The notes beneath the pieces were generated by a model. It saw only the letters and a list, made by a program, of their open reading frames with translations. It was not told the origin of the DNA and ran no database searches. This document shows positions 1-15,472 of a stretch of DNA of 64,000 bases, piece by piece (position 1 is the first letter of the stretch; every line of letters starts with the position of its first letter). Position numbers and translations under genes: made by a program. The DNA is from Eledone cirrhosa (Eukaryota): the NCBI GenBank assembly GCA_964016885.1, contig CAXHJY010000138.1, forward strand, positions 1 to 64,000, read 5' to 3'.

Positions 1-173
1 GTAATAGGCCGTGTTAACTAGTAGTGGAAGTGTTGCTGTGACAGTAATATACAGTGTTAACTAGTAGTGGAAGTGTTGCTGTGACAGTAATATACAGTGT
101 TAACTATTAGTGGAAGTGTTATTGTGACAGTAATAGGCAGTGTTAACTAGTAGTGGAAGTGTTATTGGTGACA
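1..173. repeat. 43-bp minisatellite, ~4 copies (runs off window start)
   Basis: Unit gtaat(ag/at)..gtgttaactagtagtggaagtgttgctgtgaca starts at 1, 44, 87, 130. Confidence 0.9.
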
Positions 174-401
174 GTAACCACAAACATAAAATTGCAGAAA
201 TCTGGTTTTCTGTACATGCTAGAGAAATAATTTTTCTGTACATGCTAGAGAAATATATTATTGATATATATTGATCAGTCGTAAAGTATTGATTGGTAAC
301 ACTTTTTATGGGCAACACTTTTGACGTGACTATCTTCAATGGGTGATATTTAGCAACGCATATTTATATAGTTTAAATGAAATTTTATACCCATCACACA
401 G

Positions 402-1652
<1,251 letters not shown>

Positions 1653-1691
1653 AGAAATTGGAATAAATGCTCTGAAATAGCGATATATATG

Positions 1692-2124
1692 TGAATATAG
1701 ACATAGAATATTCGAAAATATTCTGTATGTTATAATAAACATTTTGAAGACCTAATCGCTATAGAATAGAATACGTCACGTATTACAATTAGATTCTCGA
1801 TAAAAGCAAGGGAAGTAATCTACGCGTTTCATTCTTGTTAGAAATCATCAGGACTACATATCCAGTGCTTTTATCGAGAATGACACAGCTAGAGACTTAT
1901 AGAATAAGTATTCTATAAGTCTCTAGCTGTGTCATTCTCGATAAAAGCACTGGATATGTAGTCCTGATGATTTCTAACAAGAATGAAACGCGTAGATTAC
2001 TTCCCTTGCTTTTATCGAGAATCTAATTGTAATACGTGACGTATTCTATTCTATAGCGATTAGGTCTTCAAAATGTTTATTATAAACATACAGAATATTT
2101 TCGAATATTCTATGTCTATATTCA
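1692..2124. mobile_element. Near-perfect fold-back palindrome (~215-bp arms, 2-nt loop) with a hammerhead in each arm
   Basis: Centre agaata-ag-tattct at 1901-1914; arms differ by about one indel; flanked by (TA)n. Confidence 0.9.
1958..2000 (+). ncRNA. Minimal type-I hammerhead ribozyme (mirror copy 1815-1857 on -)
   Basis: gtagtc-CTGATGA-t ttct aaca agaa t-GAAA-cgcg-TA-gattac; stem I gtagtc/gattac; palindromic stem III ACGCGT. Confidence 0.85.
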
Positions 2125-2149
2125 TATATATATATATATTTATATATAC

Positions 2150-2209
<60 letters not shown>

Positions 2210-2210
2210 A

Positions 2211-2290
<80 letters not shown>

Positions 2291-2342
2291 AATATATATA
2301 TTTTATATATACATATATATATATATATATTTATATATACAT

Positions 2343-3195
2343 ATACTCTTTTACTCTTTTACCTGTTTCAGCCATCCGGCTGAGGCCATGCTGGGGCACC
2401 GCCCTTGTTGCTACACATTTTATCTCCAGCTGTATAGGTTGCCACTGGTTGTAGGAGGGAGTTTGTTGCTGCTGCCCTTAGGTTCCCTCGTGTCTTGCTG
2501 TGGGCTCATCCGGGATCCTGGATAACAAGGTGTCGAGATGTTTCTTAAAGACATCCACCTCCACGTCATGCAAGTCTCGCAGATGCCTCGGCAGCCTGTT
2601 GAAGAGTTGAGGGCCCTTGAATCCCAGGCTATTGCAATACCTGCTCCTTATTCTAGATGTGGAAGACGGGACCTTTGGCACCACACAGTGACGTCCTGTT
2701 CGACGGTTGGTCCAGCTCCCAATGCCAAAGTTTGGTGCTAGTCCCTCCAGGATTTTCCACATGTAGATCACTGCGTATCTCTCCCGTCTTCGCTCCAAGG
2801 AGTAGAGGTTCAGTTCCTTCAGCCTCTCCCAGTAGCTTGTCTCCCTCATCTTGGCAATCCTCTTGGTGTAGCTTCGCTGGATTGCCTCAAGCTCTGTGGT
2901 TAGTTTGACACTATGGGGTGACCACAGCTGGGAGCAGTAGTCCAGGCGGCTTAGGACAAAAGTCCTCCACAGTGTCAACATGGTGTCTCGATCTCTTGTA
3001 AGGAAAGTCCTCAAGATCCAGCCAGCGAATCGTCTACATGCTGTCGCCACCTTCATGATGTGTGAAGAAAAAGATGCATCATCGCTCATGTCTATGCCCA
3101 GGTCTCGTATCGATTTTGACACGGGGATATCGGTCCCTCCTGGTCCTGTGTAGCTGTGTTCCGCTATATTTGTGTTTGTGTTTGCAGGTTTGTAT
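2343..3195 (-). mobile_element. 5'-truncated CR1-like LINE (RT C-terminal region plus 3' UTR with gtaaaaga tail)
   Basis: ORF 2478-3122: IRDLGI...[12 protein letters not shown]...LEAIQR...[19 protein letters not shown]; the same 3' tail recurs at 49298-49352. Confidence 0.85.
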
Positions 3196-3197
3196 TG

Positions 3198-5810
<2,613 letters not shown>

Positions 5811-5969
5811 ATATTCATAAGGAATTTGATTACAGATGATATGATATAGGTCGGTAAAATCTATACACTATAGAGTTTTGTTATTTTCACTATGTTAATA
5901 ATACAAACAGCATATTATGAGGTATATTTTGTGGAAGTACACTATAAATAAATATAATTGTGTATATAT

Positions 5970-6330
5970 CTAGGGCGGGTAAAATTCCCGAGATAAATGG
6001 ACGAGTCCTCTCCAGGGGTCTCTGTCCCTCATCATCGCTGCCATGTCCTGCGTCTCCAACAGACCAGAGTCTGTCCTTAGGACATCAACATATGCTAACC
6101 TTGGTCTTCCTCTTCCAGTGTGTTCATGCAGGGGCTCCCACAGGAGCACTGAGTGCAGTGTCAACTCTGGATGTCAGTGAGCATCTCCAGCTAACCTCAG
6201 TCTCCTCTGTGTCACTTTTGAGGTGACTTTTGGGAGGCTCCCATACAGCTCTGAGTTTTTCATCTTCAGTGTATCCTGATTAATGTTCAGAGCCATCCTT
6301 AGCATTCTCGTGTAGCACCCATCAACCATA
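5970..6330 (-). mobile_element. RTE-clade LINE 3' fragment (paralog 24050-24395)
   Basis: MVDGCYTRMLRMALNI...QRRLRLAG...VLLWEP.H...GRPRLAYVDVL. Confidence 0.75.
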
Positions 6331-6373
6331 TGAGTATGTGTATATGTATATATATATATACATCCACCATATG

Positions 6374-6409
<36 letters not shown>

Positions 6410-6411
<2 letters not shown>

Positions 6412-6628
6412 AAAGGTAAACAGAAATAACAACACAATCGATACAGTATATGGGAGGTATATATTAGGTTAACGCTTGATATAGCAGGAAGAGTGTCTTA
6501 ACGTTTCGGACGATAGTCCTTCATCGGAAGAGAGAATGAGAAATAAAATAGATTAAGGGGACGGGCGGGATGTAATTGGAAAAAATGTCTTTAGATAAAA
6601 ATAATAGGTCCATTCATATTGACATCTC
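6410..6628 (-). mobile_element. Short hammerhead-bearing element (paralog 24510-24708 on +); core mutated to CCGATGA at 6496-6531
   Basis: Reverse complement tctt-CCGATGA-a ggac tatc gtcc-GAAA-cgtt-aaga; high similarity to the 24.5-kb copy. Confidence 0.75.
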
Positions 6629-7056
6629 TTATATATATATATATGTGTGTGTAGAATTATGAGGATATAGATATATAATGTACGTTCGCAAAATATACAT
6701 AGTACAACATATTTATTATTGTCCATATCCTCATCGTGGTCGCCGAACACCGCTTCATCGCCATTTATATATAAATTTCTGCGATTCTGTCACAACACGT
6801 AAAGAGAGAGGGGTAGTTTGTCTACCTCATACTACTCCTCTCGCTTTACGTCTGCTGTCAGCGTAAATGTATGTGTGTGTAAAAGGAAGGGAGGGCGTGG
6901 TGAAAAACTACACAGAGTCTGTGTGTGTTTGTGTGTGTGTGAATATAGGTGTGTGTGATTATGTGAATGTATGTCGGTGAGTGTGTATTTTTGTAAGTGT
7001 GTCTGCGTTTGCGCGTTTATATTTATATACTCATACATATAAATGTATTGCATATG

Positions 7057-7153
<97 letters not shown>

Positions 7154-7363
7154 GCGTCGGCGTGTGGAAAAAAATTCTAGTATTGAATATTTTCATCAAT
7201 CTGTCATAAAAGTATTGATATTTATATTATCGAACACCGCTGATAGATACTTCCAATGATTTGTAAAAGTTTGAAATCTGATTGTCACACAGTATACAAA
7301 AATTGATCGTTGCCTGCAAGAAATTTTATTTAGAGCATAACTTTCATAATTGTAAATAAACAT

Positions 7364-7409
<46 letters not shown>

Positions 7410-7524
7410 GAGGTTATATTTAACTATTAACTATCTAAATATTAACTATCCAGGAAGCTCCAACCGTTAAGGTTGCATTTTTTCAGGGTATGTCAATATT
7501 TATTTATAAAACTAATCTGCATTA

Positions 7525-7590
7525 TATTTTATCTGATGAAAGCGCACCATAATCTGCCTTGGTCGTCCTTGAAATATGTATAATGAAATA
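7525..7590 (+). ncRNA. Type-I hammerhead ribozyme with extended stem II (family relative at 48555-48617 on -)
   Basis: tattttat-CTGATGA-aag..acca..tggt..ctt-GAAA-tatgta-TA-atgaaata. Confidence 0.75.
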
Positions 7591-7816
7591 AATATTGTTT
7601 TATAAATATAGTTTCCATTTGTTAATATATTGTATATATATATATTTATATATAAAAGGCATGAAACTACACAAAGAACAATGTGACTGACAAGGTAAGG
7701 AAGTTGTCTGTTAGTTTCTGTAACTGGTTTCTCTCTCTCTCTTTGTATTTGTTTACACGCGTCTATATAAATATCTGTATGGATATATATCTATTTATCT
7801 AGCTCTATATATATAA

Positions 7817-7847
<31 letters not shown>

Positions 7848-7888
7848 AGAGGGTGTTAAGGTTTGCTTGAAGCATTGTGAAATGTGTA

Positions 7889-8236
7889 AAAATACGTATT
7901 TAAGAAAGCCACAACAATGCAAAGGGAAATCTCGAGGTAGGAAGTGAAATATAGATAGGAAAAACAGGTGAAAGTGAAAATTGAGAGAGACAAAGATGAA
8001 AACAAAACAAAGGTAGAAGGGTTACCGTAGTAGAGATTTAATCCCAATATTTCGGGCTCAAATATGAGCCCGAAATATTGGGATTGAATCTCTACTACGG
8101 TAACCCTTCTACCTTTGTTTTGTTTTCATCTTTGTCTCTCTCAATTTTCACTTTCACCTGTTTTTCCTATCTATATTTCACTTCCTACCTCGAGATTTCC
8201 CTTTGCATTGTTGTGGCTTTCTTAAATACGTATTTT
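7889..8236. repeat. Near-perfect palindrome (~172-bp arms) centred on a hammerhead-like stem II
   Basis: Centre gggctca-aata-tgagccc followed by GAAA-tatt; the ORF track shows an almost identical peptide on both strands. Confidence 0.9.
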
Positions 8237-8291
8237 ATATATATATATATATATTTAATGTTTCCGTAGGAAAGGTAAAGGAAAGGAGAGT

Positions 8292-8567
8292 GCTCTATGT
8301 AGGCTACAGAGCTTTTTAGTTATGTAATAAACAACATAAGACATTATTTCATTTACCAAAGGTTTCACTAAGACAGACTAGCTTGACAGGAGATGTCTTA
8401 AATTCTCGGTCAGAACGAAAATTTATTGATAAATAAATTTTTGTTCTGACGAACGGTTTCAGATGTCTGTGTCAAGCCCGTCTGACTTCGTGAAACCTTT
8501 GGTGAATGAAATAATTGTCTTATGTTGTTTATTACATAACTAAAAAGCTCTGTAGCCTACATAGAGC
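8292..8567. mobile_element. Imperfect palindrome with diverged hammerheads (8439-8511 on +, 8347-8420 on -)
   Basis: ttttgtt-CTGACGA...GAAA-cctttgg-T(G/A)-aatgaaa; stem III ACC/GGT. Confidence 0.7.
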
Positions 8568-8751
8568 TAGATAAATAGATATATATCCATACACATATTT
8601 ATATAGACGCGTGTAAACAAATACAAAGAGAGAGAGAGAAACCAGTTACAGAAACTAATAGACAACTTCCTTACCTTGTCAGTCACATTGTTCTTTGTGT
8701 AGTTTCATGCCTTTTATAAATATATATATATGTATATATACAATATATTAA

Positions 8752-8797
<46 letters not shown>

Positions 8798-9064
8798 GTG
8801 AAATAAAGCTCCCACCGTATTTTTTACTAAGTAAATTAGCCTAATAGTTGGAGTTATAAAAACCCAAAGAATGTAAAATGGATGAGCAAAGAATGTAAAA
8901 TGTATATATATAGTTATGTAATAAACAACACAAGGCAATTATTTCATTTACCAGTGGTTTCTTGTGTGTTTATTTTTCCTTTCCTTCTTCCTTTTCCAGC
9001 CTCACTTTCATATAGATTATATTTTTGTTTTTAAAATCTAATGTCAATAAATACACCAGGATGT

Positions 9065-9125
9065 TTTCATTCTGATGATTGAAAGCAAAATGTGTTTGCT
9101 TTCAAGAAACCACTGCTAAATGAAA
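9065..9125 (+). ncRNA. Type-I hammerhead ribozyme
   Basis: tttcatt-CTGATGA-ttgaaagcaaa atgtg tttgctttcaa-GAAA-ccactgc-TA-aatgaaa; 7-bp stem I, 11-bp stem II; partial inverted copy at 8910-8965. Confidence 0.88.
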
Positions 9126-9290
9126 TAATTGCCTTATGTTGTTTATTACATAACTATTAAGCTCTGTAACCTACATAGAGCACTCTTTTTCCTGGACCTT
9201 TCCGACGGAATTACTTCATTTATATATATATATGTGTCCCAAGGCTCTGATACCATCAACACTATAAACACAGAGCTGGCATATCTAAGA

Positions 9291-9346
9291 ACTGACTGAT
9301 GAGGTCGAAGCCATTCAATGGCTATCATCGAAATATATATAGCAGT
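9291..9346 (+). ncRNA. Type-I hammerhead ribozyme
   Basis: actga-CTGATGA-ggt..agcca ttcaa tggct..atc-GAAA-tatata-TA-gcagt. Confidence 0.75.
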
Positions 9347-9403
9347 AAATAAAGGATTATGAGTTCATGCAATTGACTTATGTTTCGTCACTATATATAT
9401 ATA

Positions 9404-9735
9404 TATTAATTCAAAATATTAACAAAAATAGACATTCGTGTGATCAAGTATATTTTATTATACATATTTCAGAAGTACTGAGTTATCTTCAACAGTACGT
9501 CCCCCTCAGATAAAATAAGATGATGCATGACATACCCTGACTAAGTAGAAGGTTAAAATTCAGTCACTGCCATGATTGAATTTTAACCATCTACTTAGTC
9601 AGGGTGTGTCTTGCATCATCTTATTTTATCTGAGGAGGACGTAATGTTGAAGATAACTCAGTACTTCTGAAATATGTATAATAAAATATACTTGATCACA
9701 AGAATGTCTATTTTTGTTAATATTTAGAATTAATA
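9404..9735. mobile_element. Fold-back palindrome (~160-bp arms) with hammerheads at 9622-9688 (+) and 9451-9517 (-)
   Basis: tattttat-CTGAGGA-...cagtacttct-GAAA-tatgta-TA-ataaaata; centre near 9568. Confidence 0.8.
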
Positions 9736-9829
9736 TTAATAACTCCGGAAAACCAACTCGTGGAGTACTTCTAATCTATTGTAAAACTTTATTCTTTGAT
9801 TTATTCATTAAACCTTGTTTAACCTTGAA

Positions 9830-9863
<34 letters not shown>

Positions 9864-10280
9864 TATGTTAAATATTTCCGAAGAAAATATATATTGTGTT
9901 GTTCAGTTACTAATTAAATATATATATATATATATATATATATGAGCATATATGCATATATATGTATGTGTATATAGGTATGCAATATATATATGAGTAA
10001 CAGGCCACTGACACACTCTCTCTATATGTGCGTATAAACACATGCATACACACACTCACACACACAAACACATCAATTTATTTATATAACTAAAGACACA
10101 ACGCAATCATATAATTATATATATTTAGATTGACGTGCTCTGCTCTATAATTGCTCATAGTTGCTCATAGTAATAAGCTTTATGACAGTGCAGATGTAAT
10201 CAGTGTTGCTTCCCTGGTCTTATCTATTAAGGCTCAAGACTTTAATCAGTAACGGAAGACTGATATAGCCGGGGGGTTAC

Positions 10281-10337
10281 CTCCAGCATATTTAGCAAGG
10301 AGCGGATGTGAGTGTACAGTGTCTGATAGTTAATATT
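10281..10337 (-). CDS. Candidate 57-nt host exon (NINYQTLYTHIRSLLNMLE), product unknown
   Basis: Minus strand tttacttctccag| open frame |gtaacc; splice signals only. Confidence 0.3.
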
Positions 10338-11357
10338 CTGGAGAAGTAAATGACTAGAAGCTATGTAGAATTAATTCATTTATCTTGAATTCATCTTTAT
10401 CTCATACACATATCCATCAGCCCATGTCAAGTAGGGACTTTCTACGGAGTCGGCCAACCTGCTAAAAAAAAAGGCAGTTAAAACTCCCGTATAACATATT
10501 AGAATTTTTTTTCAACACGCTGACACGTATGTGAATACTCGTGTCCGTGTGTGTATATGCATACATTTATATGTGTGATTATATAAATATAAACATGCAA
10601 ACACAGACACAGTTACAAAGATACACACTCACAGATATGCGTTCACACAAACTCATATACACGCATACATTTCCACAAACACATCACATAAACACGCATA
10701 CATTTACACAAACATATATATTCACACAAACACATATATATCCACACAAACACACACATACATTCGCACAAACACATACCCACACATACATTCACAAAAA
10801 CACACACGTACATTCACACAAACACAAACACACACTATCATTCACACAAACACATACACACACATTCATTCACACAAACACACACATACATTCACACAAA
10901 CACAGCGTAGCAAGTGGAACTCCAGCCGTTGTTTTGCTATACTTTTTTCACCATCCCCTTACTTCCTTTTAAACACACTTACATTCACACAAACACGCAC
11001 ACACACATTATGTGACGGACGGAAGACACTCAAATTTATATATATATATATATTACAACCTCTAAATACAATGAAAGGATACACCAGACTTTGGGGTCAA
11101 CTTATATCCGAGAAAAGCAAACACAAATAAAACAAGATGTCCATGGCTTGAATAACTTTGATGATATATTTCAATTAGGACCAAGCGTGACTTAAACAAC
11201 GACAATATAACAACTACAATTAATTAACAACAATAATTATTCAACAACAACCTCAGTTACAACAATACGCATTAGAAAATTACTGCAAAATGTTTTCTTA
11301 CCCAGCGCGCCCTCAATGATAACACATTTTGAGCTAACGAGGCAACATTACATACTC

Positions 11358-11910
11358 GGGTGAAGGCGCATGGCTTAGTGGTTAGAGCATGGGCTTGCAA
11401 TTGAGAGGTTGTGAGTTCGATTCTCGGACCGGGTGATGCGTTGTGTCCTTGAGCAAGACACTTTATTTCACGTTGCTCCAGTTTACTCAGCTGTAGAAAT
11501 GAGTGGTGACGTCACTGGTGCCAAGCAGTATCGGCCATTGCCTTTCCCATGGACAACATCATATACAGTGTGTATACAGTGTATATATAATTGTTTCTAC
11601 TTGTGGCACAAGGCCAGCAATTAATCCAGTGTATTACTGGTACTTTATTTTATCGACCCCGTAATGATGAAAGGCAAAGTTAACTTCGGCGGGATTTGAA
11701 CTCAGATCATAAAGGGAGGTAACTCTATGCTTCAAAGTATGGCGTCCGACCCTCTACCAATACTGCCAATCCGATATAAAGTATATATATGATGTCACTG
11801 GTGCCAAGTTGTATCGGCCATTGCCTTTCTCTTGGACATCATCAGTGGCGTGGAGAGGGGAGACTGGTATGTATGGCTGACTGCTGATATTCCATAAACA
11901 AACCTTGCCG
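11358..11910 (+). mobile_element. tRNA-derived SINE with CORE-like box (family B), interrupted by a family A SINE at 11588-11775 (-)
   Basis: A box tggcttagtgg, B box gttcgattc, gtgtccttgagcaagacactt; other copies ~13430-13712, 16490-16685, 55560-55765, 59560-60107 (all -). Confidence 0.8.
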
Positions 11911-12181
11911 TGCAAAACCATGGCCATTCGTGGTCGAGTGGGGCCTTCATATATACTCGCTCGATTTGCAAGATATAACAGCAACATCTCTCTCACACCA
12001 CGGCCCATCTTCTTGGAATGTGACCCTCTGGAAATACGTGTCTCCTTGCTCTGAAACATATGAGAAAAAGACGGGATGGTCGTAACAAGTATGTCTTTAA
12101 TGTCTGAGTTGAACTGGTTTGTATTTAAGCAACAACTATATGACCTACAAAATTTATATAAAGTTAAAAAATATTTGACTA

Positions 12182-12377
12182 AAGGGCAGCGGATTGGCAG
12201 TATCGGTAGAGCGTCGGACAATATGCTTTGCGGCATAGAGTTACGGCCCTTTGCGTTCTGAGTTCAAATCGTGCCGAGGTTACCTTTGCCTTTCATTCTT
12301 ACGGGATCGATAAAATAAAGCACCAGTAATGTACTGGGGTAATTGCTGGCCTTGTGCCAAAACTAGAAACTATTATT
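12182..12377 (+). mobile_element. tRNA-derived SINE family A (~190 bp; octopus-like)
   Basis: gggc.g.ggattggcagtatcggtagag...gagttcaaatc...cctttcat..tacggg.tcgataaaataaag...ggccttgtgcc; 15 or more full or partial copies, e.g. 11588, 19833, 20993, 21365, 41128, 41435, 41800, 49730, 51605, 55155, 56015, 61853. Confidence 0.9.
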
Positions 12378-12950
12378 TGTCTAAAACTGAACTTCAAAAA
12401 ACATCATTTTTCAGAAGTCTGTTCATATAAGACTATATATACTTGTTTGCATATGTGTAAAGGTACATGCCTACTTGCATGGCAGCCTTTGGATGTGTTT
12501 TATGTTCATATGTACAAAAATATATTCAATTTTTATTTTATGTATATATAAGCACAACTATTTTATGACTGCATATTTATGCAATAATACGGTATACAAT
12601 GAAATATATATAGCAATATATATTCATACACAAGTATTTCCCTGTGCCAACATGTATATAAGTATGTAGGTGTGGGTTATGAGGTTGTGTATGTGTGTGT
12701 ATATGAATGTATGAATATCTGTGCGTGGTAAGGTATCATACATGTCTATGAGTATGTATGTGTGGCCTATATGTGGTTGTGTATGTGTGTGTATTTTATG
12801 AGTGTATGAAAGTGTGGTAAAGCGACTCAGTTTCCATATCATAGCGAGATATTTTATACGACTTAGATTGTGTCAAGCAGAGATAAATATTTTATGTAAC
12901 CTGTATATGTTGTTAATGTTAATAGTGTTTAACCCAAGGCCAAACCTGTA

Positions 12951-13427
12951 TGGGTGGTGGTGGTGGTGGTGGTGGTGGAATTGGTAGTAGTGGTGGTGGT
13001 AGTAGTAGTGGTAGTCGTGGTGGTGTAGTAGCAGTAGTAATAGTAGTAGCGGTGGTGGTAGTGGTGGTGGTGGTAGCAGTAGTGGTAGTAGTAGTAATAG
13101 TAGTAGTGGTGGTGGTGGTAGTAGTAGTGGTGGTAGTAGTAGTAGTATTAGTGGAGGTAGTAGTGGTGGTAGTAGTAGTAGTAGTGGTGGTAATAGTAGT
13201 AGTAGTGGTGGTAATAGTAGTAATGGTAATAATAGTAGTAGTGGTGGTAGTAGTGGTGGTAGTAGTAGTAGTGGTGGTGGTAATAGTAGTAGTAGTGGTG
13301 GTAATAGTAGTAATGGTAATAATAGTAGTAGTGGTGGTAGTAGTGGTGGTAGTAGTAGTAGTGGTAGTAGTAGTAGTATTAGTGGAGGTAGTAGTAGTAG
13401 TTGTAGTAGTAGTAGTAGTAGTAGTAG
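12951..13427. repeat. (GTA/GTG)n trinucleotide microsatellite
   Basis: Direct inspection. Confidence 0.95.
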
Positions 13428-14171
13428 CGACACTGTCGGTTACGGCGGCCAATGTTCCAGTTGATCCGGTAAATGAAACACCCTGCTCGTGAAATTAATG
13501 AGCTGATCATTCCACAAACACGCGGCGTACCTTTAGATAGTTCTCAGGGAGATTCAGCTTCAGCGCGGCACGGAATCTGACAAGGCTGGCTCTTCGATTT
13601 ACAGGAAAACTCATCATTTTTGCCAGCTGAGTAGACTGGATGAACGTGAAATAAAGTGTCTTGCTCAAGGACACTGCGCACCGCCAGGAATCGAGCTCAC
13701 GACCTTACAGTTGCATCCCCGGAGGGCGTTTCAGAACTCCAGGGGGGGGGGGGCGTTTGTGAGCAGGGAGGCGTTAGGGGACGTTTGGAGCTTTGGGGGG
13801 CACAGGAAGGCTCTTTACGTTGGTAAGTTTTATAAGCCATATTTGTATGTCTTTTAGACAACCAGTGTGAATGCATTTGAATGAACATACAGATAGTATA
13901 ACTGTGGTCTGACTGCAGCTGTGAGCAGGTGTGCAGGTGTGTCTTGACATTAACCGGCAATTGAGATCCTAACAAGGGAAAAACCCACAGTCAACTGGGT
14001 CAAGGACACTTCGAGCGCAGCCAGTTAGAATCTTGTCTTTCCTTCATCGATAACAATGTATTTCATGTCTGAAATACTGACTCAAACGTAACGAGTTAAC
14101 ACTGTAGATCTATTTTATTCCCAATTGGATAAATAATATTACAAATAAAAATTTAAAAAAAACACAGAAGC

Positions 14172-14409
14172 GGGTAGCACACACATCTAGGACAACATAC
14201 AACACATAATCAGGTAATACATACATCTAGGACCACATGCAACACATAAGGAGGTAGCACACACATCTAGGACCACATACAACACACGAGCAGGTAATAC
14301 ACACATTTAGGACCACATACAACACACAAGCAGGCAATACATACATCTAGGACCACATACAACACATAAGCAGGCAATACATACATCTAGGACCAAATAC
14401 AACACACAT
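14172..14409. repeat. 40-bp minisatellite, ~6 copies, inside the hAT element
   Basis: acacatctaggaccacatacaacacataagcaggtaatac-type units at 14181, 14221, 14261, 14301, 14341, 14381. Confidence 0.92.
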
Positions 14410-15472
14410 TGTATCATGTACTACGGACGATGCAAGAGCAATGGTCGGCTAACATAAGGGTTTCGTCACTCTTCTGAAGAGAGAAAATTTATCTGTATTT
14501 GTTGTTCATTGTGTCATTCATCGACAACACTTGGCTGCGAAGAAACTCAGCAACCCGCTGAGCAAGTCCTAGCAGGTGGCCATTGATGTCATCAATTTTA
14601 TCAAACGGCATTCCCTCAATGAACGAATTTTCCGGCAACTGTGCCAAGATAATGACGAAGAATTCGTCAAGTTCCTCCTTCATAATGATGTGAGGTGGCT
14701 CTCAAAGGGTAAGTGCCTTACTCACTTCTTTGAACTGTTCGACTCTATCATTGAGTTTCTGCGAGGACGCAACACAGAACTGTACAAGAAAACTCTAGAT
14801 GTGAGGCAAAACTGCGCCTACCTCACCAACATCTTCGACAAATGAAATAGCGTCATTTTGGCTTTGCAGGGGAAGAAGATCACCTTGCTTAAAGCAACGA
14901 ATGCTGTGAAAACATTCCTGGCCAAATTGAATGTCATCGAAAGGAATCTTTGTTGACGGGAATTCTATAATTTTCCTAGTGTCGCCAATGTTCAAAACAT
15001 TGTAAGCGGTGACCAACTCCAAATTTATACCGCTCATCTCCGTGCGCTACAAGACAGCATGAGAGAACGGTTTGTCGACCTTTTGCCGATGGACATCCCA
15101 ATGTGGATAGCAGATCCCTTCATAGCTAATGTCGTCGATTTGGACGTTATATTTCAGGAAGAATTCATTAAACTTCAAGAAGATGACATGATCAAAATTA
15201 GATTTCCCAAAATAGGTGAACCCCTTTTTGGGATGCAAGAGGAAATTCACCGCCGATTTCCACACTTACATGCAGAGGTTAAGAGATTTGCTCTGCCTTT
15301 TCCATGCTCATACTTCGTCGAGAGGAGGTTTGGTGCTGTTTCCAGACTGCACAGTAAGGCTCGCAACCGCTACAATGTAATTACATATGAAGATCTCTGG
15401 CTACATCTTACGAAAATTTAGCCTCACGTTAAAGAGTTAGCTAGACTCCATGAAGCTCAAGGGTTCCAATGA
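14410..15472 (+). pseudogene. hAT transposase pseudogene (ZBED5/ZBED8-like)
   Basis: TDDARAMVG, HCVIHRQHLAAK, LLHNDVRWLSKG, PFPCSYFVERRF motifs with stops and frameshifts. Confidence 0.85.

Larger units (their letters stand above)
7620..8753. repeat. Outer inverted repeat (7620-7808 / 8561-8753) enclosing two inner palindromes
   Basis: aaaaggcatgaaactacacaaagaac...tctagctctat is the reverse complement of atagagctaga...gtagtttcatgcctttt. Confidence 0.9.

Noticed and set aside
1-173. CRISPR-like appearance of the 43-bp and 40-bp (14172-14409) repeats
   Set aside because: Contiguous tandem units without unique spacers, no cas genes, eukaryotic context
12182-12290. tRNA gene
   Set aside because: A/B boxes belong to multi-copy SINE heads; no complete cloverleaf
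12873-13492. Poly-T/V/L mucin-like ORFs (also the Gly-rich ORFs at 17506-18316)
   Set aside because: Trinucleotide repeats open in several frames on both strands, with no supporting gene structure
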